Positions 49,091 through 59,276 of a stretch of 64,000 nucleotides of DNA are shown here, in pieces. The number at the start of each line of letters is the position of its first letter. The first letter of the stretch is position 1. Position numbers and translations under genes: made by a program. The DNA is from Calditrichales bacterium (lineage in GTDB: Bacteria > Calditrichota > Calditrichia > Calditrichales > J004). The DNA lies in the NCBI GenBank assembly GCA_965267575.1, contig OZ254086.1, positions 3,040,001-3,104,000 on the forward strand, in the 5' to 3' direction. The notes under the pieces were generated by a model. The model made no database searches. It worked only from the letters and a program-made list of their open reading frames with translations, and was not told the origin of the DNA.

Positions 49091-49354
49091 TTGAAGATAA
49101 TCGAGCGAATAAAGCGTTTTTTTCATTTTCAGCAAACGCTGGCAGCTGATGACCTGCTTTGGGAGGTGCATGAGTTGCGCCACGTTTTTGCGTTGTTAAC
49201 CGTAGGCAGCTTTACTGGTCTGCCGGGGGCGCCGCTGCCTGTAACGCTGGAATTGCTGCCGGTGATGGAGGAAGAAGTGATCCTGATGCTGGACAAGATC
49301 CCGCTGGCCGCCGATCCCTTGAGTGACCAGTTCGGGCGCCTGGACGCGGTTTAA
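49091..49354 (+). CDS. Small hypothetical protein of the type found in cstA-arsA gene clusters
   Basis: E..EL...FALL..GSF.GLP..P....LELLP..E; stop overlaps the arsA-like start; start codon uncertain. Confidence 0.6.
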   Translation: MKIIERIKRFFHFQQTLAADDLLWEVHELRHVFALLTVGSFTGLPGAPLPVTLELLPVMEEEVILMLDKIPLAADPLSDQFGRLDAV

Positions 49355-50211
49355 TGGGCAAAATCGTTTTTGTCCTGGGCAAGGGCGGTGCAGGCAAAAC
49401 GACGGTGGCCTCGTTGTGCGCGCTGCGCCTGGCCGGAGAAGGGAAATTCGTTGTTTTGGCGTCACTCGATGCGGCGCATAACCTGGGCGATCTTTTCGGA
49501 TTGGCCATTGCAGACAAACCGGTGAGGGCAGAGCGCTCATTAGTATTGCTGGAGGTTGATCAGAGAAAGTGGCTTAAACGCTACCTGGACGAGAAAGAAC
49601 AGCAGATGCGCAACGCTTACCGCTATCTTTCCTCCTTCAGTATAGAGGAGCATTTTTCTGTTGTTCGTCATAGTCCGGGTATGGAGGAACACGCCATGTT
49701 GCTGGCCTTCGAGGCATTGCAGCGGGAGTACGGAGAAAACAACACCCTGATCCTTGATATGCCGCCGACGGGACTAGCTCTTTCTTTTTTGAGCCTGCCT
49801 GCGGTTTCGGTTTTGTGGCTGCAAAAGCTGGCCGCTTTGCGCGCGGAAATCGTAAAGAAAAAAGAGGTGGCCGATCGTCTGCTGGGCAACAAGGAACATC
49901 ATGGAGACAGGGTAAGTGCCGTCCTGCAACAGCAGCTGGATTTTTACGGCCGGCTGAACCGGCTGTTCCGGGACAGCAAAAATACGGTCATGTTGGTGAT
50001 TGACAATCCTGAATTGCTGGCCCAAAAAGAGGCGGAGCGGATAACGACACGGCTGCAGGAACTAGATATGCCGGAAGCACTTCGAATGACCAATAAAAGC
50101 AATCGCCAAAATGAAAATGAACTGTTATATGTGCAAAACACGCAGGGACTTGCTAATTTAAAGGCTTTGATGCAGAAGCTGCCGCAAAACATAATGGAAA
50201 AATTGAGATAA
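49354..50211 (+). CDS. ArsA/Get3-family ATPase (single domain)
   Basis: GKGGAGKTT, SLDAAHNLGD, PGMEE, DMPPTG. Confidence 0.85.
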   Translation: MGKIVFVLGKGGAGKTTVASLCALRLAGEGKFVVLASLDAAHNLGDLFGLAIADKPVRAERSLVLLEVDQRKWLKRYLDEKEQQMRNAYRYLSSFSIEEHFSVVRHSPGMEEHAMLLAFEALQREYGENNTLILDMPPTGLALSFLSLPAVSVLWLQKLAALRAEIVKKKEVADRLLGNKEHHGDRVSAVLQQQLDFYGRLNRLFRDSKNTVMLVIDNPELLAQKEAERITTRLQELDMPEALRMTNKSNRQNENELLYVQNTQGLANLKALMQKLPQNIMEKLR

Positions 50212-50225
50212 CTCAGGGAGAAAAA

Positions 50226-50876
50226 ATGCGATCATTGAAGAATTTGTTTGATAACAACCGTCGCTGGGCCGAAGAACAGGAGCAGAGCAATCCGGCTTTT
50301 TTTGAAGGACTGGCGTCAGGGCAGTCACCGGAATATTTGTGGATTGGCTGTTCGGACAGCAGGGTGCCGGCCAACGAGATTGTGGGATTACCACCGGGCG
50401 AATTGTTTGTTCACCGCAACGTGGCCAACCAGGTAATCCATACGGATATCAACTGCCTGTCGGTAATTCAGTTTGCCGTGGAGGCGCTGAAAGTGAAGCA
50501 TATTATTGTGTGCGGACACTACAACTGCGGCGGTATCAAAGCGGCTTTGGAGGATAACAGCAGCGGGGCGATTAACAGCTGGCTGAGGCACATCCAGGAT
50601 GTGTATGAAGACTTCCAGCACTTATTCCGCGACAAGAATGAAAAACAGAAGATTGATGCCATGTGTGAGCTGAATGTGCTGGCTCAGGCGCGGCATGTGT
50701 GCCGGACCGGTATTGTTAGGCAGGCCTGGAAACAGGGACAGGAGCTGATGGTCCATTCCTGGATTTACGCACTAAACGACGGCCGCTTAAGAGATCTGAA
50801 ATACAGCCCTGCGGCCATAAGCGAAGTTGAATCCTCTTTTGAAAATGCTTTGTTAGAATTAGGTTTGTCCGCTTAA
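50226..50876 (+). CDS. can: Beta-class carbonic anhydrase
   Basis: WIGCSDSRVP, HRNVAN, CGHYNCGG. Confidence 0.95.
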   Translation: MRSLKNLFDNNRRWAEEQEQSNPAFFEGLASGQSPEYLWIGCSDSRVPANEIVGLPPGELFVHRNVANQVIHTDINCLSVIQFAVEALKVKHIIVCGHYNCGGIKAALEDNSSGAINSWLRHIQDVYEDFQHLFRDKNEKQKIDAMCELNVLAQARHVCRTGIVRQAWKQGQELMVHSWIYALNDGRLRDLKYSPAAISEVESSFENALLELGLSA

Positions 50877-50970
50877 AAAAGGCGAAGATACGCCTGATAC
50901 ATTTTTAACAATCCAAACGATTGCGTATCTTAAAAGCGAAAAATAGAAAAAGAGCGACAAGGAGGGGGAC

Positions 50971-52419
50971 ATGTCCGTTTATGAAGGTCTGAAACCAAAA
51001 CTGGTCTGGGACCATTTTTATCAATTGAATCAGATTCCGCGCTGTTCCGGCAATGAAGAAGGTGCGCGCAACTATGTTATTTCCGTGGCAGAGCGCCTTG
51101 GCCTGGAATACCAGGTTGATAAGGTCGGAAATACCGTGGTGCGCAAACCGGCCAGCAACGGCATGGAAAACAAACCGATTGTGATCATTCAAAACCATCT
51201 CGATATGGTTTGCGAGAAAAACAAAGGCACCGTTCACGATTTCGGCAAAGATGCGATCAAGCCGCTCATTGACGGCGAATGGGTCAAGGCGGACGGTACC
51301 ACTTTGGGGGCTGACAACGGTATCGGGGCCTGTATGGCTTTGGCCGCCATGGAAGACGATACGCTTGAACATCCGCCGCTGGAACTGCTTTTTACTATCG
51401 AAGAAGAGACGGGTTTGACGGGCGCGGTAGATCTTGACGTTGATATGTTGCAGGGGCGTGTCCTGATCAATCTTGATTCGGAAGAAGAAGGGGACCTGTA
51501 TATCGGATGCGCCGGCGGGCAGCATACGATTATGACCAAACACATCGGCTGGGGCACGGCCCCGGAAGGACACAAAACCGTATTGCTGAAAGTGTCCGGC
51601 CTGCGTGGCGGTCATTCCGGATTAAACATTGCTGATGAGTTTGGCAATGCCATCCGTCTGCTGGCGCGAATATTGAATAAACTGGGCAACCACACGTCAT
51701 TCAGCCTGGCGGCTGTTAACGGCGGAACGGCACACAATGCCATCCCGCGTGAAGCTGACGCGCTGCTTGTAGTAAACGACGGCGCGCTGCAAGCCCTGAA
51801 AGAGCTGGCGCGCGAATATGAGACAATCTTTAATGACGAGCTGAAGTTTACTGAGAAAAACATCAAGGTTACGGTTAGCGACCATGATCCTGTAAAAAAG
51901 GTGTTCGCGGGGCCTTTTACAGCTTCACTGATCCGCTTTTTGTACAGCGCGCCGCATGGCGTACAGGCCATGAGCAAAGCCGTTCCCGGTCTGGTGGAAA
52001 CCTCTACCAATCTGGCGATCGTAGAAACCCGCGATGATGAATTGTTTATTCTCACCAGCCAGCGTTCCAGTGTGGGCAGCGCCGTGGACGATATTGCCGA
52101 CCGCGTACGGGCTCTTGCCGAACTGGCCCATTTTGATGTGGAGCAGGGCGGCGGCTATCCGGCCTGGCAGCCAAACCCGCAGAGCAAGTTGCTGGATATT
52201 TGTAAAGATGTCTACAAAAAACGCTTCAGCAAAGAGATCAACGTTAAGGTGATCCATGCCGGCCTGGAGTGCGGTATTATCGGTGATATGGTCGATGGTA
52301 TGGACATGATCAGTTTTGGCCCGGACATTGTCGGCGCCCACTCACCTGATGAGCGCGTGCGTATTGCGTCCGTAGATCATATCTGGGAATACCTGCGGGC
52401 GATCCTGAAAAGCTTCTGA
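50971..52419 (+). CDS. pepD: Aminoacyl-histidine dipeptidase (M20)
   Basis: HLDMV, TLGADNG.G, EEETG, GGHSG, HAGLECG, AHSPDE. Confidence 0.93.
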   Translation: MSVYEGLKPKLVWDHFYQLNQIPRCSGNEEGARNYVISVAERLGLEYQVDKVGNTVVRKPASNGMENKPIVIIQNHLDMVCEKNKGTVHDFGKDAIKPLIDGEWVKADGTTLGADNGIGACMALAAMEDDTLEHPPLELLFTIEEETGLTGAVDLDVDMLQGRVLINLDSEEEGDLYIGCAGGQHTIMTKHIGWGTAPEGHKTVLLKVSGLRGGHSGLNIADEFGNAIRLLARILNKLGNHTSFSLAAVNGGTAHNAIPREADALLVVNDGALQALKELAREYETIFNDELKFTEKNIKVTVSDHDPVKKVFAGPFTASLIRFLYSAPHGVQAMSKAVPGLVETSTNLAIVETRDDELFILTSQRSSVGSAVDDIADRVRALAELAHFDVEQGGGYPAWQPNPQSKLLDICKDVYKKRFSKEINVKVIHAGLECGIIGDMVDGMDMISFGPDIVGAHSPDERVRIASVDHIWEYLRAILKSF

Positions 52420-52609
52420 TAATTGGCGGGCGGCCGCCGCGCCGCCCTTTTTGTTTTCAGTTTTATCTAAAAATTATGAACTATTATCCTGCCAAAAAGC
52501 GTTTAAGTCCTTTTAAGTGTAAACTCTAATAAGTCATTTCGTGTTTTTTGTCAATGCGCCGGCCACCTTACATCGGCGATAATTGAGATAAACAATTCGA
52601 GTTTTAAAG

Positions 52610-53488
52610 ATGATGAGCAATCTGAGGAAAAGCATAAGCATCATTTTTCTTTCTAAAGTTTTGCTGTCTGTCGCCGCCGGCCAGACGGTTCAATGGGAGC
52701 TTTCGTGGACCGCCAACAGTGAAGACGACATGCATGAATACCTGATCTTTCGCGGTACGTCCCCGTCCCCCACGACCGTTTATGCCCGCGTCGCCCACCC
52801 TGAACATAGGTATACCGATAGCGACATCGAAAAGGGCATTCTCTACTATTACAGGCTCAAAGCCGTCGATCTGGCTGCCAACCAAAGTGAGTTTTCCGAT
52901 GAAATAAGCGCGGCCTTGCCAAAAGTAGAATTTCCAACAGACCTTGAGGATGTGGTCCTTGATCCCGGCTCCTCTATCCAGATTGATTTGAATAATTATG
53001 TTATTGATCCCGATAACAGTCCCGGCGAGATGCAGTGGTCAGCCTCGGGCAATACGCTGCTTGGCGTGACCATAGACGCGGCCAGTGTGGCCACAATTTC
53101 CGCGCCGGCCAACTGGACAGGGCAGGAGACAATCTCATTCAGCGTGAGCGATACATATGGGTTCAGCGATATTGCGGACGTGACCGTTTACGCCAGCGGT
53201 GACCTGGTTCCCCAGGGCGAAGAGATAAGCATATTTCCACTACCCTATAAGGAGGGCGACCAGCCCGCGGCGGAGGGGATCACGTTCGCCAACCTGCCGC
53301 AAACCTCGGAGCTGCTTATTTTTAACATGCTGGGTGAACCTGTGTATAAAGAGAGCGATCTGTTTGGAACCTACCTGTGGGACACACTCAACAATGCCGG
53401 CAAAAAGGTCAATTCCGGTATCTATATTTACCACATCAAAGCAGCCGGTAAAAAATTGAAAAGCGGCAAGCTTGTGATTGTCCGCTAA
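52610..53488 (+). CDS. Secreted FN3/Ig-domain protein with a C-terminal sorting domain
   Basis: W..N.E.D...Y, YYYRLKAVD..N.S.FS; C-terminal WD..N..G..V.SGIYIY. Confidence 0.75.
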   Translation: MMSNLRKSISIIFLSKVLLSVAAGQTVQWELSWTANSEDDMHEYLIFRGTSPSPTTVYARVAHPEHRYTDSDIEKGILYYYRLKAVDLAANQSEFSDEISAALPKVEFPTDLEDVVLDPGSSIQIDLNNYVIDPDNSPGEMQWSASGNTLLGVTIDAASVATISAPANWTGQETISFSVSDTYGFSDIADVTVYASGDLVPQGEEISIFPLPYKEGDQPAAEGITFANLPQTSELLIFNMLGEPVYKESDLFGTYLWDTLNNAGKKVNSGIYIYHIKAAGKKLKSGKLVIVR

Positions 53489-53655
53489 TGATCTGATTAC
53501 AGTCCGTTTATCCTCAATCCGGTTATACCTCACCTTAAGATGACCTCTTTTCTCAAATCACAATTCAATAATTCCCCTTTTATTGTTATATTTTTTTGAT
53601 CAATTTGTAATTTGCCATGTTTATTGTGCATCCAAACGGAAAAACGGAGAATAAA

Positions 53656-55806
53656 ATGTACAGTATTAGAAAGTTTCTGATGGTTACGGGCGCGGTTTTT
53701 GTGCTGGCGGCAGCATTAAATGCGGCCGATTCCGAGATTGCCCGTTCTGAAAACATAGAGGCGCAGCTTGTCACAGATGTGAATGCGGTGCAGCCGGGTG
53801 AAGATATTACTGTCGCTCTGCGTATGAATATGGACCCGCAGTGGCACACCTATTGGCGCAATGTGGGTGATTCCGGTTTGCCGGTTGAAATCACCTGGAC
53901 CCTGCCCGACGGTTTTTCCGCGGGCCCGATACAGTGGCCGTACCCGGAACGGATTGAAGCCGGTCCGCTTGTCTCATTTGGCTACCACGGCGAAATATTT
54001 CTTCTGAACAAGATTTCCGTTCCCGATGAACTGACCGCTGAAGCTGTAACCATAAATGCGCGCGCTGACTGGCTGGAGTGTGCCGATGTCTGCATTCCGG
54101 GCGGGGTAGATCTGTCTTTGTCACTGGCTGTTAGCGGGGAACCCGTTGAACCCGATGTGAAATGGGTGGAAGCCTTCGCTGACACACGCGCGAAACTGCC
54201 CTTGAAAGACAGCGGCTGGAGTTTTGGCGCGCAAAAGGGCGACGGAACATACGTCTTACAGGCCAGCGCGCCGGAATGGTACGATACATCTCCCGGTGAG
54301 GTGCTCTATTTTCCTTATGAATCCGGCGTGATCGATTACGCGGCTAAACAAAAAGTAAGCTTTGAAGACGGTGTTTTAACGCTGGAGGTACCTGTTGCGC
54401 CTATGCCCGCTAAAGAACCGCATGATCTGGAAGGTGTGCTTGTGGCGGAGAACGGCTGGCGCGGCGCCGGTTCGGAAAAGGCGATTCATTTTGACGCAGA
54501 GCCGGGAAGCAGCCTGGGCGGAGCAGCCGCTTCCGGCAAAAAAGAATCAAGCCTGTTGCTGGTGCTGCTGGGCGCATTTGTCGGTGGCATGATCCTCAAC
54601 CTGATGCCCTGTGTTCTGCCTGTCCTGTCGCTCAAAATCATGGGTTTTGTACAGCAAGCCAACGAAGAGAAATCGAAACCATGGCAACACGGTCTGGTAT
54701 TTACGGGCGGCGTTTTGATCTCTTTCTGGGTGCTGGCGGGAGCGCTTTTGCTGCTGCGTGCCGGCGGTGAAGAGCTGGGCTGGGGTTTCCAGCTGCAATC
54801 TCCCATATTTTTGATCGTCTTATCGGCTTTTCTGTTTTTATTCGGCCTCAGCATGTTTGGCGTGTTCGAGATCGGAACATCGCTGACGACGCTACAGGGC
54901 GGCAAGCCCAAAGGCGGTTTTGGCGGTTCTTTTGTAAGCGGCGTTATGGCGACGGTGGTAGCCACGCCCTGTACGGCCCCGTTTATGGGATCGGCCCTCG
55001 GTTTTGCACTGACGCAGCCGGCATGGGTTTCGTTGACTGTATTCAGCTTCCTGGGATTGGGCATGGCTTTCCCTTATGTATTGCTGGCATCAACACCCGC
55101 CTTGTTGAAATTTGTCCCCAAACCGGGACGCTGGATGGAATCGCTTAAGCAGTTTATGGGCTTTCTTTTGCTGGCGACTGTTTTATGGCTGCTGTGGGTT
55201 TTGGCCCAGCAGGCCGGCGCGATGATGGTGATAGTGACCCTTGGCGCGTTGCTGCTTCTGGGGCTTGCAGGCTGGATCTACGGGCGCTGGGGTAACCTGG
55301 CAATGGGTACGCGCACCCGCGCTGTTGCCACATCCATCGCCGGACTGATTGTTGTCGCCTCGCTCTACATTACGATCGACAGTGTGGATACGTTTGCTGC
55401 GGCACCACAAGCTTCCGGCCAGAAGCAGAGCTCGGGCATTGCCTGGGAAGATTACAACGAAAGCCGTTACCAGGAACTGAAACAATCAGACAAACCTGTT
55501 TTTATTGATTTTACGGCCGCCTGGTGCCTGAGCTGCCAGGTGAATGACCGTGTGGCGTTTTCGTCAGAAAAAGTGCAACAAAAGTTTAAGGATATGGGTA
55601 TAGTGAGCATTAAGGCGGACTGGACTTCGCGTGATGATATGATTACGCGCGCGCTGGCCCGTTACGGACGGAACAGTGTTCCGCTTTATGTGTATTACCC
55701 GTCCGGAACCGACAGCGAACCGCAGATTTTGCCCGAAATAATTACACCGGGCATCGTGTTGGACGCGCTTGAAAATGGTTCAGCACAAGCTATCACCCGA
55801 AAATAA
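53656..55806 (+). CDS. DsbD/ScsB-type thiol:disulfide interchange protein
   Basis: WHTYW.N.GDSG, C.DVC.P, LNLMPCVLP, ATPCTAP, WCLSC thioredoxin domain. Confidence 0.9.
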   Translation: MYSIRKFLMVTGAVFVLAAALNAADSEIARSENIEAQLVTDVNAVQPGEDITVALRMNMDPQWHTYWRNVGDSGLPVEITWTLPDGFSAGPIQWPYPERIEAGPLVSFGYHGEIFLLNKISVPDELTAEAVTINARADWLECADVCIPGGVDLSLSLAVSGEPVEPDVKWVEAFADTRAKLPLKDSGWSFGAQKGDGTYVLQASAPEWYDTSPGEVLYFPYESGVIDYAAKQKVSFEDGVLTLEVPVAPMPAKEPHDLEGVLVAENGWRGAGSEKAIHFDAEPGSSLGGAAASGKKESSLLLVLLGAFVGGMILNLMPCVLPVLSLKIMGFVQQANEEKSKPWQHGLVFTGGVLISFWVLAGALLLLRAGGEELGWGFQLQSPIFLIVLSAFLFLFGLSMFGVFEIGTSLTTLQGGKPKGGFGGSFVSGVMATVVATPCTAPFMGSALGFALTQPAWVSLTVFSFLGLGMAFPYVLLASTPALLKFVPKPGRWMESLKQFMGFLLLATVLWLLWVLAQQAGAMMVIVTLGALLLLGLAGWIYGRWGNLAMGTRTRAVATSIAGLIVVASLYITIDSVDTFAAAPQASGQKQSSGIAWEDYNESRYQELKQSDKPVFIDFTAAWCLSCQVNDRVAFSSEKVQQKFKDMGIVSIKADWTSRDDMITRALARYGRNSVPLYVYYPSGTDSEPQILPEIITPGIVLDALENGSAQAITRK

Positions 55807-55817
55807 CGGAGGAGAAT

Positions 55818-56429
55818 ATGACGCGTTTGATTTCCGCGATGGCGGCATCACTTTTGCTTTTCGCAGGAGTTGTATTTGCCGATCAGGAGGCAAAGCTGGA
55901 TGCCGAGGCGCCGCAATTTACACTAATGGATTACCAGGGTAACGAAGTGAGCCTTGAGGATTACAAAGGCAAATGGGTTGTACTGGAATGGATCAATTTT
56001 GGATGTCCTTTTGTGCAGAAGCATTATAACAGCGGTAACATGCAGGAGCTTCAGAAGCGCTATACTGAAAAAGGCGTTGTCTGGCTGGCCATTTGTTCTT
56101 CCGCTGCCGGCAAGCAGGGCTATTATCCAAATGATGAGCTGGGCGGTGAGCTTGAACAGCGCGATTTTAGCGCAGATGCTTACCTGATTGATACCAGCGG
56201 CAAGGTGGGCAAAATGTACGGCGCCAAAACAACGCCTCATATGTACATTATCAATCCGGAAGGCACGCTTGTTTATGCCGGAGCCATTGATGATAAAGCT
56301 TCCACGCGCCTCGAGGACATTAAAACAGCCAACAATTATGTAACGGAAATGCTGGATGCCTATATGGCCGGCAAAGAAGTGGAGTCTAAAAGCACAACGC
56401 CATACGGCTGCACGGTCAAATACAAGTAA
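55818..56429 (+). CDS. Exported redoxin/peroxiredoxin-like protein
   Basis: Signal peptide, LEW.N.GCPFV, YGAKTTPH, Y.GAIDD, YGC.VKY. Confidence 0.87.
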   Translation: MTRLISAMAASLLLFAGVVFADQEAKLDAEAPQFTLMDYQGNEVSLEDYKGKWVVLEWINFGCPFVQKHYNSGNMQELQKRYTEKGVVWLAICSSAAGKQGYYPNDELGGELEQRDFSADAYLIDTSGKVGKMYGAKTTPHMYIINPEGTLVYAGAIDDKASTRLEDIKTANNYVTEMLDAYMAGKEVESKSTTPYGCTVKYK

Positions 56430-56457
56430 ATTAATTACGAATTACGAATTAGAAATT

Positions 56458-56491
56458 AAAAAGGGAAGGCCGGTTGGTTCTTCCCTTTTTT
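56458..56491 (+). terminator. Intrinsic terminator
   Basis: AAAAGGGAAG...CTTCCCTTTTT. Confidence 0.7.
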
Positions 56492-56539
56492 GTTTGATAA
56501 AGCAAAAATTCAATAATTCAGAAATTCATTTTTCCAATC

Positions 56540-56636
56540 AAAAAAAGGCGGCAGCCTTTTTACAGACCACCGCCCCTCGACCTAACCAGAAGAACAGACT
56601 CAGGAAGGTTAGTTAATCACTTTTCCAAATGGCGAT
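56540..56636 (-). ncRNA. Candidate sigma54-dependent small RNA
   Basis: CTGGCATCCGTATTGTATT promoter (minus strand, 56644-56662); CTAACC/GGTTAG stem; GU-containing terminator GGCGGTGGTCT/AGGCTGCCGCC then T7; no convincing ORF. Confidence 0.5.
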
Positions 56637-56806
56637 TTCTTTTAATACAATACGGATGCCAGTTTGGGCAACAATTTCTGTAAATGATTGTTTTTTAATT
56701 GATTACAGGTTGAGAAAAGGGACGAAGGGTAATACAGGTGTCGCGGGGAAGCGACGCTTTTGAAGCCTTCATTGTAGGCCGCACGCGACACTCTTTCTTG
56801 TGCCGG

Positions 56807-58342
56807 TTATCCCGCGGGAAAGGTCTGCTTGGAAAGCTTCTCCTCCACCAGCCGCCAGGTGGATTTATGCTCTTTTTGTTTTACCGGAATGGCCAGCTCG
56901 GTCAGTACATCATCGACGTAGGATTCGCGACGCATGCCAACGAGGACCGAAGAAACGCCACGTGATGATCGTATTGCACGCAGGGCAAGCTGCATCAGGC
57001 CGTTGCTGTTCTTGTCCCACTCGATGCTGGTGTTGCGGAGCGTGCCGTAGATCCGTGCCGAGAGGTCGGAAGCGCGTTCGGCGTAGATCACTGTTAGCAT
57101 ATCCAGGATCTTGTTGAACTGCTCCACATAATTATCCAGCCAGTCGATGGTTTTCTGTCCGCGGTCTTCCACTTCGTTGAGTTTTTGCACTGCGTAGCTG
57201 ATCTGTTCGGCCACGTACTGGGCCTGGTGCTCAACCCACGACCAGTAGGGTCCGAATTTTGGCCAGTTACGCGACATATATGTACCGGTGGAAAAGATAC
57301 CGATCAGGTCGTTTTGCGTTTGCTCATCTACTTTGAGGTTTGGTAAAATCTCGTCGGTGAAGGTTTTTTCCATCACGCAGATTTTGTCAAAATACTCCTG
57401 CAGCGTTGCCCGGTCCGGATGTTCGTTGACCGTAATATTAATCAACCTAAGCAACTGCCTGTTAACGAAAGCGTTTAACGGGCGGTTGATCAGAACGGCG
57501 ATGCCCGCTTCATGGGCATATTGCAGCACCGTCCTGTTTTCAGTTTGATTAACGCGACTGGCAGCGCTGTGCTCCAGCAAGTTCAGCGGAAGCTGTATCA
57601 CTTTGAAGTTGTTTTTGTCGGAAATCGACTTTGCAATATTGTGCACACGTTCCAGTGACGTGAATTGGTAATCATCGGCGCCGGCGGGAAAAGTGTTAGA
57701 GCTGATGCCATAGCAGCCAATACGTCCGTTTTGCACTTCAATTTCCAGGTGCATGAAGGCTTTCTCTATACGGCGGTAATATTCATCACGCGCCTTATCG
57801 CGGTTGGTACCGCTGCGCTGTGCTTTGTTCATATAATATTCGGGATTGTGCAGCAGGAAAACATCGATGCAGTCCAGGTTCAGCCGCTTCAGGCTGCGCG
57901 TGATCTGGTCTTCCAGGAATTCGGGATGAATGCAATGCTCCAGGCCTTCGGAAATTTCCACCAGCTCCGGGATCGGTTTGCCTTGCTCTTCGAGTTCCTG
58001 GCTCAGGCGATAATTTTGTCCCTGCAAATAGCCGGCCTTGGACACAACAACGATCTCTTCACGCTTGACCGATTCCGTGCGCAACAGCTCGTCCAGCACC
58101 TGGCCGATAAGCTCTTCCGAGCCACCGTCCGCGTAATTGCTGCTGGTGTCAATCAGGTTAACGCCGTTAAGCAGCGCCTTGCGCAGGGCCTGTTTGTGCG
58201 CGTCGATGGAAACGTGCACGCGGTAGGTGCCGAATCCACATTCAGATACATTTAGACCGGTCTGACCAAGAACACTATAATTCAGCCGTGAAAAACGTTC
58301 GGTATAACGTTTTGTGCCTGCGGCAGTGGCCTGTTTTTGCAT
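56807..58342 (-). CDS. Aldo/keto reductase family protein
   Basis: GFGTYR, NLIDTSSNY.DG.SE, SKAGY, LLHNPE, GISSN, VLVGMR. Confidence 0.88.
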   Translation of the reverse strand: MQKQATAAGTKRYTERFSRLNYSVLGQTGLNVSECGFGTYRVHVSIDAHKQALRKALLNGVNLIDTSSNYADGGSEELIGQVLDELLRTESVKREEIVVVSKAGYLQGQNYRLSQELEEQGKPIPELVEISEGLEHCIHPEFLEDQITRSLKRLNLDCIDVFLLHNPEYYMNKAQRSGTNRDKARDEYYRRIEKAFMHLEIEVQNGRIGCYGISSNTFPAGADDYQFTSLERVHNIAKSISDKNNFKVIQLPLNLLEHSAASRVNQTENRTVLQYAHEAGIAVLINRPLNAFVNRQLLRLINITVNEHPDRATLQEYFDKICVMEKTFTDEILPNLKVDEQTQNDLIGIFSTGTYMSRNWPKFGPYWSWVEHQAQYVAEQISYAVQKLNEVEDRGQKTIDWLDNYVEQFNKILDMLTVIYAERASDLSARIYGTLRNTSIEWDKNSNGLMQLALRAIRSSRGVSSVLVGMRRESYVDDVLTELAIPVKQKEHKSTWRLVEEKLSKQTFPAG

Positions 58343-58512
58343 GGATTTACTCTCATCTAGTTTTGAAACAATCGTATAACTTATATAAAATTGCCAGAAT
58401 GCAAAACCAAAAAGGTTTGCGGAATGCGAAACAAGTGATCAACTGTTAACAATAAAACGGCAAATTTACTGCGTCTCTCTTTGTTTTGGTTTTTAATAAT
58501 CGAAAGGGCCTT

Positions 58513-59268
58513 ATGTTCATTAGAATTCTCATTCTGATAAATTTATTCGTGCTGTCCGGAAGTTTGTTCGGCCAGGTCAATACTGAAAAATTTCGCTCGG
58601 CCAAGGTAGACACCTCGGGCTGGGGTTTTGACGCTCAACTGGAGTATATGTTGCGTCGCGGTAATGTGGAGCAGCAGGAAGGTGAGGCGGAGATTGTATT
58701 GCGCTATGCCGGTGTAAGCGCAAAAAACTATCTGATTATAAAAGGTGATGTGGGCTGGCAGGGTGAAAAGCGCTTTTCCAACAATATGCTTTTGCATACG
58801 CGTCATGTACGCCCTTTTTGGCGGCGCTGGAATGCCGAGTTTTTTGCCCAGATCGATTATGCCAAAGAACGGCTGCTGGACCGCCGTTTTATTTTTGGCG
58901 CGGGCGCTAGTTATAATATTATTGGCACCTGGCGGCTTGCCGTGGCGCTGATGCACGAGGAAGAGCGCTATGGCCTGCCGCAAACGGCGATGCATCCCCA
59001 GGATGTTTCTGTTAACCGTCTCAGCAGTTTTGTGGTCTGGCGCTCGCAGTTCAAGCCTTACCTGCGCGGTGCTTTTGTGGTTTATTACCAGCCGCAGCTG
59101 GATGACTTTAATGATGTTCGTGTTTTGGCAGAGGGCACATTGTTTGTCGGGTTGTCGGATGCTGTCTCGTTGACGATCGAGTCGAACTACCGTTTTGATC
59201 GCGAACCGCCTGACAATATCCGCGATTTCGATTTTTCTACAAAGGTCGGTTTGGCAGTCTCACTTTAA
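58513..59268 (+). CDS. DUF481-like outer-membrane beta-barrel protein
   Basis: Signal peptide, QVNTE, GN motif, YYQP...DF.D.R, terminal beta-strand. Confidence 0.72.
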   Translation: MFIRILILINLFVLSGSLFGQVNTEKFRSAKVDTSGWGFDAQLEYMLRRGNVEQQEGEAEIVLRYAGVSAKNYLIIKGDVGWQGEKRFSNNMLLHTRHVRPFWRRWNAEFFAQIDYAKERLLDRRFIFGAGASYNIIGTWRLAVALMHEEERYGLPQTAMHPQDVSVNRLSSFVVWRSQFKPYLRGAFVVYYQPQLDDFNDVRVLAEGTLFVGLSDAVSLTIESNYRFDREPPDNIRDFDFSTKVGLAVSL

Positions 59269-59276
59269 ATGATTTT

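Noticed and set aside
49354..50211. Arsenic resistance operon
   Set aside because: Single-domain ArsA-like ATPase with no arsB/acr3/arsC/arsR/arsD nearby
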